A stretch of 64,000 nucleotides of DNA from an uncultured delta proteobacterium (lineage in GTDB: Bacteria; Desulfobacterota; Binatia; UBA9968). The notes under the pieces are model-generated. The model did not search any database and had not been told where the DNA came from. It worked only from the letters and a program-made list of their open reading frames with translations. Positions 10,527-22,529 of the stretch are shown here, in pieces. Position 1 is the first letter of the stretch; each line of letters opens with the position of its first letter. A program made the position numbers and the translations under genes. The DNA is taken from positions 160,001 to 224,000 of the forward strand of contig CAVUVW010000005.1 of NCBI GenBank assembly GCA_963745035.1, read 5' to 3'.

Positions 10527-11513
10527 CATCCCTCTTTGATCGTGATGTTTTTCGCGATGGGCGTGATGACCGCGCTGATTCTTGCGGGCGCTGCTTCTGC
10601 GCAAACCAGAAAAGTGCGCGTCGCGGTGCCCGGCTATACGATTGCGGTGCTTTCGTTTCTCGCGGCCAAGATGAACGGCTACTATACGGCGGAAGGATTG
10701 GACGTCGAGTTGATCGCGATGCGCGCGCCGACCGCAAATTTGGCGCTTATCGGCGGTAACGTCGAGTTTTCCGCGGTGCCGCTCGCCGGGCTGACGACCG
10801 CCATGCGGGGCGGCGGCCTGAAACTCATCTTTTGCCAGTTCGACAAACCGCAGCATGCGCTCTATGCCAAGCCCGAGTTTTCCAATATCAAAGCGCTGCG
10901 CGGGAAGAAGATCGCGCGTGTCGGGACTGGGCACCATCGATGATATGTTGCTGCGTGAAACGCTCTCAGCGGAAATGGCCTCGACCCAAGCGAGATGTGA
11001 CGATTCTCGCCATGGGCGCGGCCGATACCCGGTTCAGCGCGCTTATGGCCGGTGCCATCGATGCTTCGGTGCTCATCGCGCCGGTATCGTTTTATGCCCA
11101 GGATCAGGGCTACCGCGAGTTGGTATCTTTTCAGAACATGGGATTTGTCCTGCCAAGCGGCGGGATCGTGGTCCGTGACGAGACCCTCAAAGCCGATGCG
11201 TCGATGACCGAACGATTCGTGCGCGCTACGATCATGGGCTTTGTGTTCATGCGCGACAATCGGCCGGGAACTCTCAAGGTGATGTCCAAAGCGCTTAGAA
11301 TCGACGAAGCCACGGCCGCAAAGCTTTACGATTCCTCGCGTCCGACGCTGACCAGCGATGGAACGCGTCTCTGGAGAGAGTGAAAGAAAGATGACCGCTA
11401 TGGTGGCGAAGATCGCCGCCGTCAAGGAAGTTCCGGCCGCGGATAGGCTCTATGACTTTGCGCTTGTAAAAAAGGCCCACGCCGCGCTGCAAGCGAAAGG
11501 CTGGAAGCCGTAG
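10485..11513 (+). CDS. ABC substrate-binding protein, SsuA/NMT1 family (several frameshifts; true start probably ~10545-10560)
   Basis: AKMNGYYTAEGLDVELI, LRGKKI, ALMAGAIDA, C-terminal YDFALVKKAHAALQAKGWKP* across frames. Confidence 0.8.
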
Positions 11514-11545
11514 CGCGTCGAGGATTCGAGCATTCGAGGAGCATA

Positions 11546-12379
11546 ATGGCTAGCGCGAAGATCGGAGACATCGAGATCTACTATGAGGAGCACGGACAAG
11601 GCGAGCCGGTGCTGCTCGCGCCGCCGTCGTGGTGGCCGAGCGATACGTGGAAAGTGGGGGTTGTGCCGTTTTTGTCACGGCGTTACCGGACGATCATTTT
11701 TGATTGCCGCGGCACCGGATATAGCAGCAAACCTGATCACGGTTACACGATCAGCCAGTTCGCCAAGGACTGCGCCGGCCTACTCCAGCATTTGAAAATC
11801 TCCCGTTGCCATGCGGCGGGTTTCGCTCTCGGTGGGCAGATCGTTCAGGCGCTCGCCATCGAGCGTCCTGACCTCGTCGCGACGTTGACGATTGCCGCTG
11901 CGGGGGCGGGCATGAAGGCCACGAGCGGCGCGCCGCGCGAGGTGCGCAACACCGACGAAGAAGAGATTCGCGCGCACGGCTTCGAACGCTTCATCCGCAA
12001 TCACATCGAGAACACGCACATGGCGTTCGATCCGAAGTTTTATCAGGCACATCCTGAAGTTGTCCGAGCGCTCTCCGATGCGCTGTGGAAAAGGCAAACG
12101 AGCCCCGAGCAGCATCAATATCACTACGAGGCCCGGCGCACGTGGGACACGCTCGGCAACGCGTCCAAGGTCAAAGTGCCGACGTTGATCCTCTGCGGCG
12201 CCGACGATGACGTCAACCGCGGCGGCAGCACGCCCGTCGGCACGGCGCGCAAACTCGGCGAATTGGTTCCCGGCTGCGAGCTTGCGCTCGTGCCTGGTGT
12301 CAAGCATATGACTTTCTGGGACGGCGACGGCGCACTGATCGCGCTGCAGGAGTTTCTACGGCGCCATCCGATCGCATAA
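11546..12379 (+). CDS. Alpha/beta fold hydrolase (atypical elbow G-F-A-L-G)
   Basis: YEEHGQGEP, FDCRGTGYS, VPTLILCGADD, GVKH. Confidence 0.88.
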   Translation: MASAKIGDIEIYYEEHGQGEPVLLAPPSWWPSDTWKVGVVPFLSRRYRTIIFDCRGTGYSSKPDHGYTISQFAKDCAGLLQHLKISRCHAAGFALGGQIVQALAIERPDLVATLTIAAAGAGMKATSGAPREVRNTDEEEIRAHGFERFIRNHIENTHMAFDPKFYQAHPEVVRALSDALWKRQTSPEQHQYHYEARRTWDTLGNASKVKVPTLILCGADDDVNRGGSTPVGTARKLGELVPGCELALVPGVKHMTFWDGDGALIALQEFLRRHPIA

Positions 12380-12421
12380 CGTTCGAACTTACGAGAAATC
12401 TAATGGAGGAGATACCGACCT

Positions 12422-13499
12422 ATGAAACATTCCAGCTATTCGCGATCGTGCTGTCATTGCGGTTCTTATCAGCTGTTTCGTTAGCGGCTCGGGCGTACGC
12501 TCAAGACAAAGGCAAAGGCGGGAGCGAAGGGCGTCACGCAGCTTTACAACGCTGCAAGGAAGGAAGGCAGGGTGGTGATCTGGGGGCCGACGGACGCGGT
12601 TGATCTATCAACGGCATGCAGGAAGCGCTCGATAAAAAATATCCAGGTATCAAGATCGAGTCACTTCGAAAGCATACCGGAGCCGCTCGTGCAGCGGATC
12701 ATCGCTGAGAGCCAGGCCGGTAAGCCCGCGGCCGTCGACGTTATCCAGTCCGGGTCGTTGCGCGCGCTCAGGCCTCTGATCGATCGCGATATGCTGGCGA
12801 CCGTTCCCGGCTGGGAAAAGGAGTTCGGTCTCGACGCCGTCTATGCCAACCAGCGCTTCGTCGGCGGCTATAATCTTGACCTTGCCGATCGCCTACAACA
12901 CCAAGGCGGTGAGCGCACAGGACGCACCCAAGAGCTGGGAAGATCTCGCGGATCCGAAATGGAAAGGGCAGGAAAATTATCATCGAGGCCAGGCTGGTTC
13001 CCTTCGCCATGCTCGGCACGGAATGGGGCAAGGGCAAGGCGCTCGAACTGGTCAAAAGAATACTTTCGCAGCAGCAACCGCTCATCGTCCAGGGTGGCAC
13101 CACGGTCGCCAACGCGCTCGCCGGCGGGCAGGTTTCGATCGCCGTCGGCACTTACGCTTACACCATCGAGCGGTTGAAAAAGCAGGGCGCCGCGGTGGAC
13201 TGGGTTCCGGTGTCGCCTCTGCCGGTGCTGACATTCGGCGAATGGGAGTGCTCAAAACCGCGGCCCATCCCAACGCCGCGCGATTTTTTGCCGGTTGGTT
13301 CGGCACGGCGGAGGGACAAAACGTTCGATACAGCGACCACCGGGCAAGCCATCGAGGTCGGCAAAAACGGCATCGGCAACGGTGGCGGAAAGAATTCGGA
13401 GCGGCAAGCCCGCGATCATCTTGGAGACGGAGAAAAACTTCGCGTCCCATTTTGGAGATTCAGCGCGAGCTGGGCAAAATGCTCGGCGCGCTGCGGTAG
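12422..13499 (+). CDS. ABC extracellular solute-binding protein, Fe3+/thiamine (AfuA) type (multiple frameshifts)
   Basis: AARKEGRVVIWG, IAYNTKAV, PKSWEDLADPKWKG, AAHPNAARFF in different frames. Confidence 0.8.
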
Positions 13500-13549
13500 A
13501 ATGACGGGTTGAATCAGAAACCAATCGTCAAAGCCGGGAGACGAGAGAC

Positions 13550-13650
13550 TTCATCCTGAGCGGGAGCGAAGGATCTGTTTGTGTTCGTCACTGCACTCCT
13601 GGATTGCCGCGCATGATGCAAACAGATTCTTCGTCGCTTGCGTTTCTCAG
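13550..13650. repeat. REP-like element TCATCCTGAGCGGGAGCGAAGGATCT...AGATTCTTCGTCGC
   Basis: Inverted ends GCGAAGGATCT / AGATTCTTCG in an intergenic gap. Confidence 0.55.
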
Positions 13651-13709
13651 CACGATGGTAATTGTGGTCGCGCAAATGATCCTGTGGTCTTAATGAGTGA
13701 ATCTCAACC

Positions 13710-15485
13710 ATGAGTGTAGCGCAACCCACTGTTGGTAGTAGCGCGCAGCGGCGGACGTGGCCATGGATGCGGTTGTCCGTTCGTTCCATCGCCTTCGGCT
13801 CAACTCTCGCTGTGATTTCCTATCTCGTGCTCGTTCCGCTGGTGATGCTTCTCTACGCCAGCATCAAGAGCACCGAAGACAAGCTGCCCTTCGAGGCGAC
13901 CGGCGTGACGCTGGGCAATTACATCACAGTGTTTACCAATCCCGCGACGCTGCCGATATTCGTCAATACCCTTCTATTCACCGCAGGCTCGCTCGCCGTC
14001 GGTCTGCCGCTGGCGGTGCTCATGGCGTGGCTCCTGGAGCGGACGGCGATTCCGGCGCGCCGCTGGATCGCTTTGCTCATTCTGGTACCCATGACGACGC
14101 CGTCGCTGTTATCGGCTATAGCCTGGATTCAGCTTCTCGATCCGCGCATCGGTCTCATCAACGTCGTGTTGCGCAGCGTGTTCGGTTGGTCCGGCGACAC
14201 CGGGCCGTTCGATATCTATACGCTCTACGGCATGTGTTTCGTGCAGGGCTTGCGGCTGGTGCCGTCGGCTTTTCTAATGATTGCGGCATCGTTTCGCTCC
14301 ATGGACCCTTCTTTGGAAGAACAAAGCGCCATGGCCGGGCGGGGCGTCGCCCAGACGACTTTCCGCATCACCCTGCCAATCATGCGCCCGGCGCTGCTCG
14401 CTATGTTCATCTATTACATGATCGTCGTTATCGAAGCCTTCGACATTCCCGGGCTGTTGGGATTCACCGCCAGGATCCGAGTGCTCAGTACGGCGATTTA
14501 CTGGGCGACCCACTCCGAAGTCGGACTGCCTGACTACGGTCTCGCTTCCGCTCTCGGCGCGCTAGTGCTCGGCGTGGCGTTGCTGCTCATGTGGTTCTAT
14601 CAGCATTTGACCGCGCACCAGGAGAGGTTCACGACGATCACCGGCAAGGGATACCGTCCGCGGCAGATCAATCTCGGCGCCTGGACGGCGCCCGCCACGG
14701 CGCTTTGTCTTGCCTATGTGGCGCTGGCGGTCGTGTTGCCGTTCTTGATGCTGCTCTGGACGAGCTTGCAGCCGTTCTACGCCGTGCCGTCGGCGGACTC
14801 TTTCGCGCGAATGAGTTTCGACGGGTACTTCAAGATCTGGCACGAGAGCACGGTGATGCGCGCGCTATGGAACACCTTGGTGCTGGCGCTGGTGACTTCG
14901 GCCGCGACGATCTTGCTGGCGCTGATGGTAAGCTGGTTTGTCGTACGGCGCGGGCGCGCGGCCGACGGCTTGTCGCATTACCTTGCGACGGTTTCATTTC
15001 TGCCCCAGTGCGTTCCGAGCATCGTCATCGGCTTGGCGTTCATTTTTGTGTACGTGCGCTTTCCGCTGCCGCTCTACGGGACTTTGTGGATCATCGCTCT
15101 GGCGATGACGACCCGCTACCTGGCCTACAGTTCGCGCACCATGACCTCGGCGTTGATGCAAGTGCACGGCGAGCTGGAGGAGGCTTCGCAGATGTCGCGC
15201 GCATCGTGGGCGCGCACCTTGAGGAAAATCACCATGCCGCTATTGGCGCCGGCCATGATCAACGTGTTTTTCTGGGTCGCGGTGCATGCCATGCAGGAGC
15301 TGTCGATGGCGCTGATGCTCTACAATCCGGAGACCGTGGTGGTCTCGACGATGATCTGGAGCATGTGGCAAAACGGTCGCACGGCGGACGCAGCGGCGCT
15401 AGGCGTGATTTTGATTGTGTTGTCCGCAGTATTTCTTCTCGGCGGCCACCTGTTCGCGTATCTGCGCCGGGATGTCAATTCCTAG
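13710..15485 (+). CDS. ABC transporter permease, FbpB type (two TM modules)
   Basis: Two EAA-loop motifs (DPSLEEQSAMAG; ELEEASQMS), many TM helices. Confidence 0.92.
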   Translation: MSVAQPTVGSSAQRRTWPWMRLSVRSIAFGSTLAVISYLVLVPLVMLLYASIKSTEDKLPFEATGVTLGNYITVFTNPATLPIFVNTLLFTAGSLAVGLPLAVLMAWLLERTAIPARRWIALLILVPMTTPSLLSAIAWIQLLDPRIGLINVVLRSVFGWSGDTGPFDIYTLYGMCFVQGLRLVPSAFLMIAASFRSMDPSLEEQSAMAGRGVAQTTFRITLPIMRPALLAMFIYYMIVVIEAFDIPGLLGFTARIRVLSTAIYWATHSEVGLPDYGLASALGALVLGVALLLMWFYQHLTAHQERFTTITGKGYRPRQINLGAWTAPATALCLAYVALAVVLPFLMLLWTSLQPFYAVPSADSFARMSFDGYFKIWHESTVMRALWNTLVLALVTSAATILLALMVSWFVVRRGRAADGLSHYLATVSFLPQCVPSIVIGLAFIFVYVRFPLPLYGTLWIIALAMTTRYLAYSSRTMTSALMQVHGELEEASQMSRASWARTLRKITMPLLAPAMINVFFWVAVHAMQELSMALMLYNPETVVVSTMIWSMWQNGRTADAAALGVILIVLSAVFLLGGHLFAYLRRDVNS

Positions 15486-15512
15486 AAAGCTGATTCGGAC
15501 ACATCCTGCTCG

Positions 15513-16605
15513 ATGATCCACGTCAAAGATCTGCAGAAATCGTTCGCCGGCGCAAGGGGCGAAGTGCGCGCGCTGCGCGGCGTGTCTTTCGAAGTCGGCA
15601 AAGGCGAGCTGTTTACCTTGCTCGGTCCTAGCGGTTGCGGCAAGACGACGACCTTGCGCTGCATCGCCGGCTTGGAGCAGCCGCTGGCGGGAGAAATTCT
15701 GATCGACGGCCATCCGGTTTTCAGCGCTGCGAGCGGCGATGTTCATTCCGCCGGAGCGGCGCAACATCGGCATGGTGTTTCAATCCTACGCCATCTGGCC
15801 GCACATGACGGTCTTTCAAAACGTCGCCTATCCGCTTGCGAGAGAAGCGAGCCGGGCGGAGATCGACGAGCGGGTCGCGCGGATTCTCGACCGGTTGAGT
15901 CTGGGTCCGCTGTCGGATCGGTTAGCGCCGAACCTGAGCGGCGGCCAGCAGCAGCGGGTCGCATTGGCGCGTGCCTTGGTCGCGCAGCCGCAGGTGCTGC
16001 TCTTGGACGAGCCGCTCAGCAACCTCGACGCCAAGCTGCGCGAGCAGATGCGTTTCGAATTGAAGGCGCTGCAGGAGTCCTTCGGCATCACGACGGTGTA
16101 TGTGACCCACGATCAGGAAGAGGCTCTGGCGTTGTCGGATCGCATCGGGCTTATGCACGAGGGCGCCCTGGTTGAAGTCGGTTCGCCGGCGGATCTCTAT
16201 TTGCGACCGGCGCATCGGGTGACGGCTGATTTTTTGGGCACGTCGAATTTCATTCATGCCGAGGTCGAACGCAACGGCAGCCAGCCGTGGGATGAAATGC
16301 TGGTGGCAACGCCGATCGGTGCGTTCGCCGCCCAGCGCAGCGCCGAATGGCAGCCAGGGATGGGCGCGCAGCTATTTTTCCGACCGGAGTCGGTGGAAAT
16401 CTTCGAGGAAAAAACGCATGCCGGCGGCAATTCCACATCTGGCGTCGTCGAGCGCGTGACGTTTCTCGGCAACTCGGCGGACGTGATCCTGCGCTGCAAC
16501 AACCTCAGGCTCCGGGCGCGCATGCATCCCACGCGCACGCCGACCGTCGGGACAACCATCCATTTTTACGTGCAGCCGAGGTCGTGCATCGTCTTTCCTA
16601 GGTAA
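15513..16605 (+). CDS. ABC transporter ATP-binding protein (frameshift ~15740)
   Basis: Walker A GPSGCGKT, LSGGQQQR, LLLDEPLSNLD, C-terminal TOBE-like region. Confidence 0.93.
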
Positions 16606-16709
16606 ATCACCGCAGATCAAAACAGTTCAGTTGAAAAAATTTAGCGTTCTTGACAGAGTTGGGCCGGCTCGCCAGGCCGCATCCATATAGCGCTTTAGAA
16701 GGGACATTT

Positions 16710-18463
16710 ATGGCAGAGAAATCCAACCGCACGATTCCGGTTTCCAGCGGCGCCGAGGCGTTTCTGGCGCAGATGAAAGAGCTGGGCTCGGTGCGCTACA
16801 TGTTCGCCAACACCGGCACCGATCACGGCCCGCTGATCGAAGCGATGGCGAAAACCGCGAAGGAAGATCCGCGCGATATTCAACCGATCGTCGTGCCGCA
16901 CGAGCAGGCGGCCGTGTCCATGGCGCACGGCTACTATAACGTAACGCAAAAGCCGCAGATGGTGTTGGTTCATACGCTTGCCAGGGACGGCCAATGCGCT
17001 AGGCGGCGTCATCAATGCTGCGTCCTGCAACGTGCCGCTGTTCCTCGTCGCCGGTCGGACGCCGATCACCGAGGGCGAACTGCGCGCCGGGAAGAGCCAG
17101 AACATTCACTGGCGCCAGGAGTCGCGCGATCAGGGCAATATCGTCCGCGAGTTCGTCAAATGGGATTATGAGATTCGCACCAATCAAAATCTCGCTGCGG
17201 TGGTTTCGCGCGCCTACAAGATCAGCATGAGCGAGCCGCGCGGACCGGTTTACATGACCTTGCCGCGGGAGTGGCTCTTCGAAGCGATGGAGTCAACGCA
17301 ATTGTTGTCGCCCGAATCTCTGTCGCCGGCGAGCAAGATGCAGGCGGATCAAGCTTCGTTGGAGAAAGCGGCCGACTGGCTGATCGCCTCTGAGAGCCCA
17401 TTGATCGTCACCAAATATCTCGGGCGCAATCCGGAGGCGGTGCAGTATCTCATCGAGCTGGCCGAATTGCTCGCCATTCCCGTGGTGCAGCAACTGAGCT
17501 ACGTGAATTTTCCGACGGATCATCCGCTCAATCTCGGAACGCAAACGACCAAGTACGTGCGCGGCTCCGATGTGCTGTTTTTCATCGACACCGACGTGCC
17601 GTGGGAGCCGCCCAACCGCAACGTGCTGCGCGACGGACGTGAAGATCATTCACCTGGAACGCGATCCGATGTTCACCGGAATTCCCGGCTGGGGTTTTCC
17701 CGCCGATCTGCCGGTGACCGGTTGCTCGGAAGTGTCGCTGCCGGTTCTGACCGGGATCATCAGAGCGAAGCTAGCATCCGGCGCCGTGGTCAATACCAAG
17801 ATCGAAGAGCGGCGCAAGAAAACCGAGGCGGAGCATAACGAAATGATCCGCGAGATGGACGCGAACATCGCCGCCGTGAAGAACCAAAAGCCGATCAATC
17901 CGGTCTGGTTATCTCACTGCATCGGCGACGCCATGGACGACAAGACGATCATCGCCAACGAAACCGTTACTTCAAGGCTCGCCGAAAGCATCCATCTGAA
18001 TCGTCCCGGCTCGATGTTCAACACGCCGCTGGCGGGTCATCTGGGCTGGGGGCTGGGCGCGGCCATCGGCATGAAGCTCGGCGCGCCGGAGGCGACGGTG
18101 ATCGCGGCCGAAGGCGACGGCTCCTACATGTTTTGCGCGCCGACGGCCTGTCACTTCACGGCGCAGAAATATCGGATTCCGTTTTTGACGGTCATCTACA
18201 ACAATCAAGTCTGGAACGCGAGTCTCAACGCCGCGCGCGGTTTGTATCCCGAAGGCGTGGCGGCGCGCACGCGCAACTTTCCAGGAACGGACCTGAGTCC
18301 GTCGCCAAGTTTCGAACTTACCGCGCAGGCTTGCGGAGCTTATGCCGCCCGTGTCGAAGAGCCGGGCGAGTTGCCCGATGCGATCGCCAAAGCGCTCAAA
18401 GTCGTCAAGGAAGAGGGGCGGCAGGCGCTGCTGAACGTGGTGTGCAAGAATCCGCTGGCGTAG
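16710..18463 (+). CDS. Thiamine pyrophosphate-dependent enzyme, acetolactate synthase/benzoylformate decarboxylase-like (frameshifts ~16980, ~17635)
   Basis: FANTGTD, PHEQAAVSMAHGY, HLGWGLGAAIG, GDGSYMF...YNN ThDP motif. Confidence 0.9.
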
Positions 18464-18469
18464 ACAGAA

Positions 18470-18505
18470 TTGGAGTGATGGATGTGGAGCAATGGCGTGA
18501 TGGGC
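18470..18505. repeat. 8-bp tandem repeat array (TGGAGTGA-like)
   Basis: TGGAGTGA TGGATG TGGAGCAA TGGCGTGA TGG. Confidence 0.6.
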
Positions 18506-18743
18506 GATGAGCAGGGATCGGATTTCCGCAAAGAAAGTAGCGTAGCGCGCTAAATCCAAAGCGGCAAGGTGATCTCAGCGCAAGAGGCTCGAAGGTTGCA
18601 AAGGAAATCTGCATGTCATTTTGAATGATGAAGATGTTTTTCTCGGCTCGTATCTGTTCGAGACGTCTGCCGGGCGTGTCGCTTAACGTCTCGATCCAGG
18701 CGCGAGAAGAATGCTTGTCTAAAATACGAAAGGAGAATTTGTC

Positions 18744-20534
18744 ATGGCTGATGCAATTTCACACGATGCGCGATGGAGCGAATATCCGGGTGAGGATTGG
18801 TCGGATGCGTTGGTGCAGTCGATGAAGCTTGGCGGCATCGATCATCTGTTTTTTGTCTCCGGTTCGGAAATCGCTTTTTGGCAGGAGAGCATCGCAAAGG
18901 CGAATGAGCGCGGCTGGCCGGCGCCGAAACTTATAACCGTAACCCACGAAGCTGTTGCATTGAATGCCGCGCTCGGCACGGCGATGGTGCGCAATCAACC
19001 CGCCGCTACGGCAGTGCACGTAGATGTCGGCACGCTTAATTACGGTGGCGCGATTCACACGGCATGGCGCGGGAACTATCCCGTGCTGATCACCGCGGGC
19101 ACGGGGCCGCGCGCTTATCCCGGCTCCATGACCGGCGCGCGCAACAGTCCCGTCCAGTGGGTGCAGGAGCCGCGCGATCAGGGCGGCATCGTCCGGCAGT
19201 ACACCAAAGTCGATCATCGTCTGGAGCACCAGGATAATCCCGGCATGATGATCAGCCGGCTCTTGCAAATCGCCATGAGCGAGCCCAAAGGTCCGGCGTA
19301 TCTCACCGTGCCGCGGGAGACCGCGATGTTGAAGCTTCCGGGCAAGACGTACTTCCCGACGCGCGACGAGCTCGGGATCGCGCGGCCCGTTTGGCCGGAT
19401 CCCTCAGATGCTCGGCGCGCCGCACAGTGGCTCATCGAAGCAGCGCAATCCGGGTATCTACTCGGCGACCGCGGGCCGCAATCCCGAAGCAGTCGCGGAA
19501 GTGCTGCGCCTTGCCGAACTGCTTGCTTTGCCGGTGCTCGACATGGACCGTTTGAACCGGCTGAATTTCCCGACCACGCATGCGCTTTACGGCACCGGGC
19601 CGGAGCCTAAGGATGCGGACGCCTTGCTCATGCTCGAACCGCTGGTGCCGTACATCACGCCGGCCGCGGCGCCGAAGGCGGGCAGCAAAACCATTTGGGT
19701 GGATAGCGATCCGGTTTTGACCAGCGTACAAGACGATGGAGTTTCAGGCCGATCTCTGGCTGCCGGTGACCGTGGCGGCCGCGGCGCGGGCGATCTGCGA
19801 CGCGGCGGAAGCGATTGCTTTCAAAAAGCGACATGAGCCGCATCGCCGAACGGCGTGAGCGCTTGGAAGCGCGCAAGCGCGAGCTGGCCGCGGAAAAGCG
19901 AAAGACTCGGCCAGGAGGCGGGACGGCGCCGGCCGATGCATCCGCGCTGGGTCGGCTATCAGCTCGGAAAAATTCTCGAGCCGAGCGCCATCGTTCTCGA
20001 CGACGCCATCAGCAATTCGGATTACGTTTGCGCGTATCACAATCGATCGCAAGCCGGAACTTATTTCGCCAGCGGCGGCTCTTCGGGCGGCTGGGGCGCG
20101 GGCGCGGCTTTCGGCGCTAAGCTAGCGGCGCCTGACCAGCGACGTCGTTCTCGCCACCGGCGACGGCTATTTCATGTTCGGCACGCCGCTGCCGGCGCTG
20201 TGGTCGGCGGAGCATTACAAGGCGCCGTTCTTGACCGTGGTGTTCGTCAACCGTTCCTACACCACCGGCACGAATGGCCTTAAACGGACCTATCCCAGCG
20301 GCGTCGCCGTGCGCACGGAGAACTACGAAGGCGGCGTTTTCGATCCGCCGCCGGATTTTGCCAAGCTCGCGGAAGCGGGCAATTGCTTTCGGCCAGACCG
20401 TGCGCGAGCCCGAAGAAGTCGCTCCGGCTCTCAAGCGAGGTTTGGAGCAAGTGCGCAAAGGCACGCCAGCAGTGATCGCGGCGTATTTGCCGACGCTCGT
20501 CGAGGAGATGAGTTTTGCGCAACGGAAAATATAA
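18744..20534 (+). CDS. Second thiamine pyrophosphate-dependent enzyme (multiple frameshifts)
   Basis: THEAVAL, HVDVGT, QEPRDQGGIVRQY, SGGWGAGAAFGAKLA, GDGYFMFG...FVN. Confidence 0.85.
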
Positions 20535-20545
20535 GACTCGCCGGA

Positions 20546-20576
20546 GTTCAAAAAGTTCAAGACGTTCAAATCCGTT
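20546..20576. repeat. 9-bp tandem repeat array (GTTCAAnnn)
   Basis: GTTCAAAAA GTTCAAGAC GTTCAAATC. Confidence 0.75.
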
Positions 20577-20624
20577 GTTAGGAAATTCGAGACTCAAGAC
20601 TGGAAACAAGCGGACGGGAACATT

Positions 20625-21332
20625 ATGCAAACATTTCGTGAGCAGGTGGCTGTAGACGATAGCACGATGAATTTGTTTGTCGCCCGGCCGGATGGGGACA
20701 AGCCGTTGCCGGCTATCGTGGTGATCCAGCACCAGTACGGCGTCGATCAATTCATGGAAGAGATGACTGTGCGCACGGCCGGGGAAGGGTACTTCGCGGT
20801 GATGCCGGATCTGTATCATCGTGATGGTCCGGACTGTAAAGACGACGGGCCGACCCGGCGCGGACGGGCGCGCGACGTGAACATCATCAAAGATGTCGGC
20901 GCGACGGTGAGCTATTTGAAATCGAGCAAATTCGTCGATCCTGGCACGATCGGCATTCTCGGCTTCTGCATGGGCGGGCGAGTGGCGTACTTAATGGCCG
21001 CCGCCAGCAAAGATTTCAAAGCGGCGATCACTTGGTACGGCGGCAGTTGTTTTCGTCAGTGGGGCGAAGGCCCGACGCCCTTTGAGCGCACCGCGCAGAT
21101 CAATTGTCCGATTCAAGGCCACTTCGGCGAAACCGACGAGAATCCAACATTGGAGGACATGGCGAAGCTCGACGCCGAGTTGACGAAATATGGCAAGCCC
21201 CACGATTTTCACGTCTACAAAAACACCGGCCATTCCTTCATGGACCCGCACCATCCGGAAAAATATGTCGCGGAGTCGGACCGGCTATCATGGCAGCGCG
21301 GCATGGAGTTTTTGAAGAAGCATTTAGTTTGA
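20625..21332 (+). CDS. Dienelactone hydrolase family protein
   Basis: GFCMGG nucleophile motif, PDLYHR, GHSF. Confidence 0.93.
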   Translation: MQTFREQVAVDDSTMNLFVARPDGDKPLPAIVVIQHQYGVDQFMEEMTVRTAGEGYFAVMPDLYHRDGPDCKDDGPTRRGRARDVNIIKDVGATVSYLKSSKFVDPGTIGILGFCMGGRVAYLMAAASKDFKAAITWYGGSCFRQWGEGPTPFERTAQINCPIQGHFGETDENPTLEDMAKLDAELTKYGKPHDFHVYKNTGHSFMDPHHPEKYVAESDRLSWQRGMEFLKKHLV

Positions 21333-21366
21333 ATAGGAGCGAAGAGCTCTCACGAAGTTGTATTCG

Positions 21367-21444
21367 CCCCCTTTGGCAAAGGGGGCTATGGGGGATTTCC
21401 GTAACCAATCAAATCCCCTTCAATCCCCCCTTTTTGAAAGGGGG
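21367..21444. repeat. Double-hairpin element CCCCCTTT-nnn-AAAGGGGG
   Basis: CCCCCTTTGGCAAAGGGGG...GGGGATTT...AAATCCCC...CCCCCCTTTTTGAAAGGGGG. Confidence 0.7.
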
Positions 21445-21478
21445 AATTCAAGGGCAATGCGAAACTCGGAGGTTTTAG

Positions 21479-22469
21479 ATGCCGGAAAAACCCAAAATCA
21501 CATTCAGCACCAATCCCAATCCGCGCAATCGCGCGCTCATCGACGGGCTCGTGCCGATCGACGGCTACGATCTCGAGTACGTCGGCGACAAGTATACGCC
21601 GGGCGAGATGCACTATCGCTTCGTCCACGGCGAGTTCGATTTGGCCGAGATGTCGACGGCGACTTTGATGCGCGTCAAAGAAAAGGGCCAGCGCTTTCGC
21701 GCTTTGCCGGTATTTTTCCAGCGCGGGCCGCGGCAGAGAAATATTTTCTTATTGCGAGGGCAAGCTCAATCATCCGCGCGATCTCAAAGGCAAACAGATC
21801 GGCTGCTTTCGCTATGGCGCGACGGCGGTTTCCTGGGCGCGCGGTTTTCTGCTGGACGAATACGACGTCAAAACCACGGATGCCAGCCTGGTTCGTTTCC
21901 GGCAAGGAGGTTTACATCGGGAACGAGTTGCCGGTGAAGGTGGAGCGGCTCGACCCGCCGCCGCCGTTCGGCCAGGAGAAAATCCACCTGTCGAAGCTCC
22001 TCAGCGAAGGCAAACTCGCCGCCGCGATGGTTGCCGGCGATTCCGGTTATCCGGCTTATTCGGCGGCGGCTCGCTGCCCGGGGTCATGGGACAATATCCC
22101 GGGGTGAAGCCGATGTTCGAGGACACCGACGAGATCGTCCGCTATGTGAAGCGCACGCAGATTTATCCGATCATTCACATCATGGCGATGAAAGAGGAAA
22201 CCGCGGAGAAATATCCCGATCTGCCGGCAAAGCTGATCGAAGCATTCCGCGAAGCGAATCGACTCGCGCCGAAGTATTTCACTGCTAAAGATGCCGAGGG
22301 TTACGCCAAAGAGCGCGATCTGCTTGGTTACGATCCGTACGATTGCAGGTTGACGGAATCGGACAAGAAGAGCATCCAGGCGCTCAATCGCTATCAGATC
22401 GAGCATGGACTGGTGAAGAGGGAGATCCCGCTGGAAGACTTGTTCGTGAAGGAAGCGTTTAGAATGTGA
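21479..22469 (+). CDS. 4,5-dihydroxyphthalate decarboxylase-like / PhnD-SsuA fold protein (frameshifts)
   Basis: RALIDGLV, EFDLAEMS, ALPVFFQR, DLKGKQIG, IYPIIHIMAM, EDLF across frames. Confidence 0.75.
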
Positions 22470-22472
22470 AGA

Positions 22473-22499
22473 ATGGAGTGATGGAGTGTTGGAGTAATG
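22473..22499. repeat. 8-bp tandem repeat array
   Basis: ATGGAGTG ATGGAGTG TTGGAGTA ATG. Confidence 0.7.
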
Positions 22500-22529
22500 A
22501 AGTCGTCTGGGTCCGGACGGTCGCTCCGA

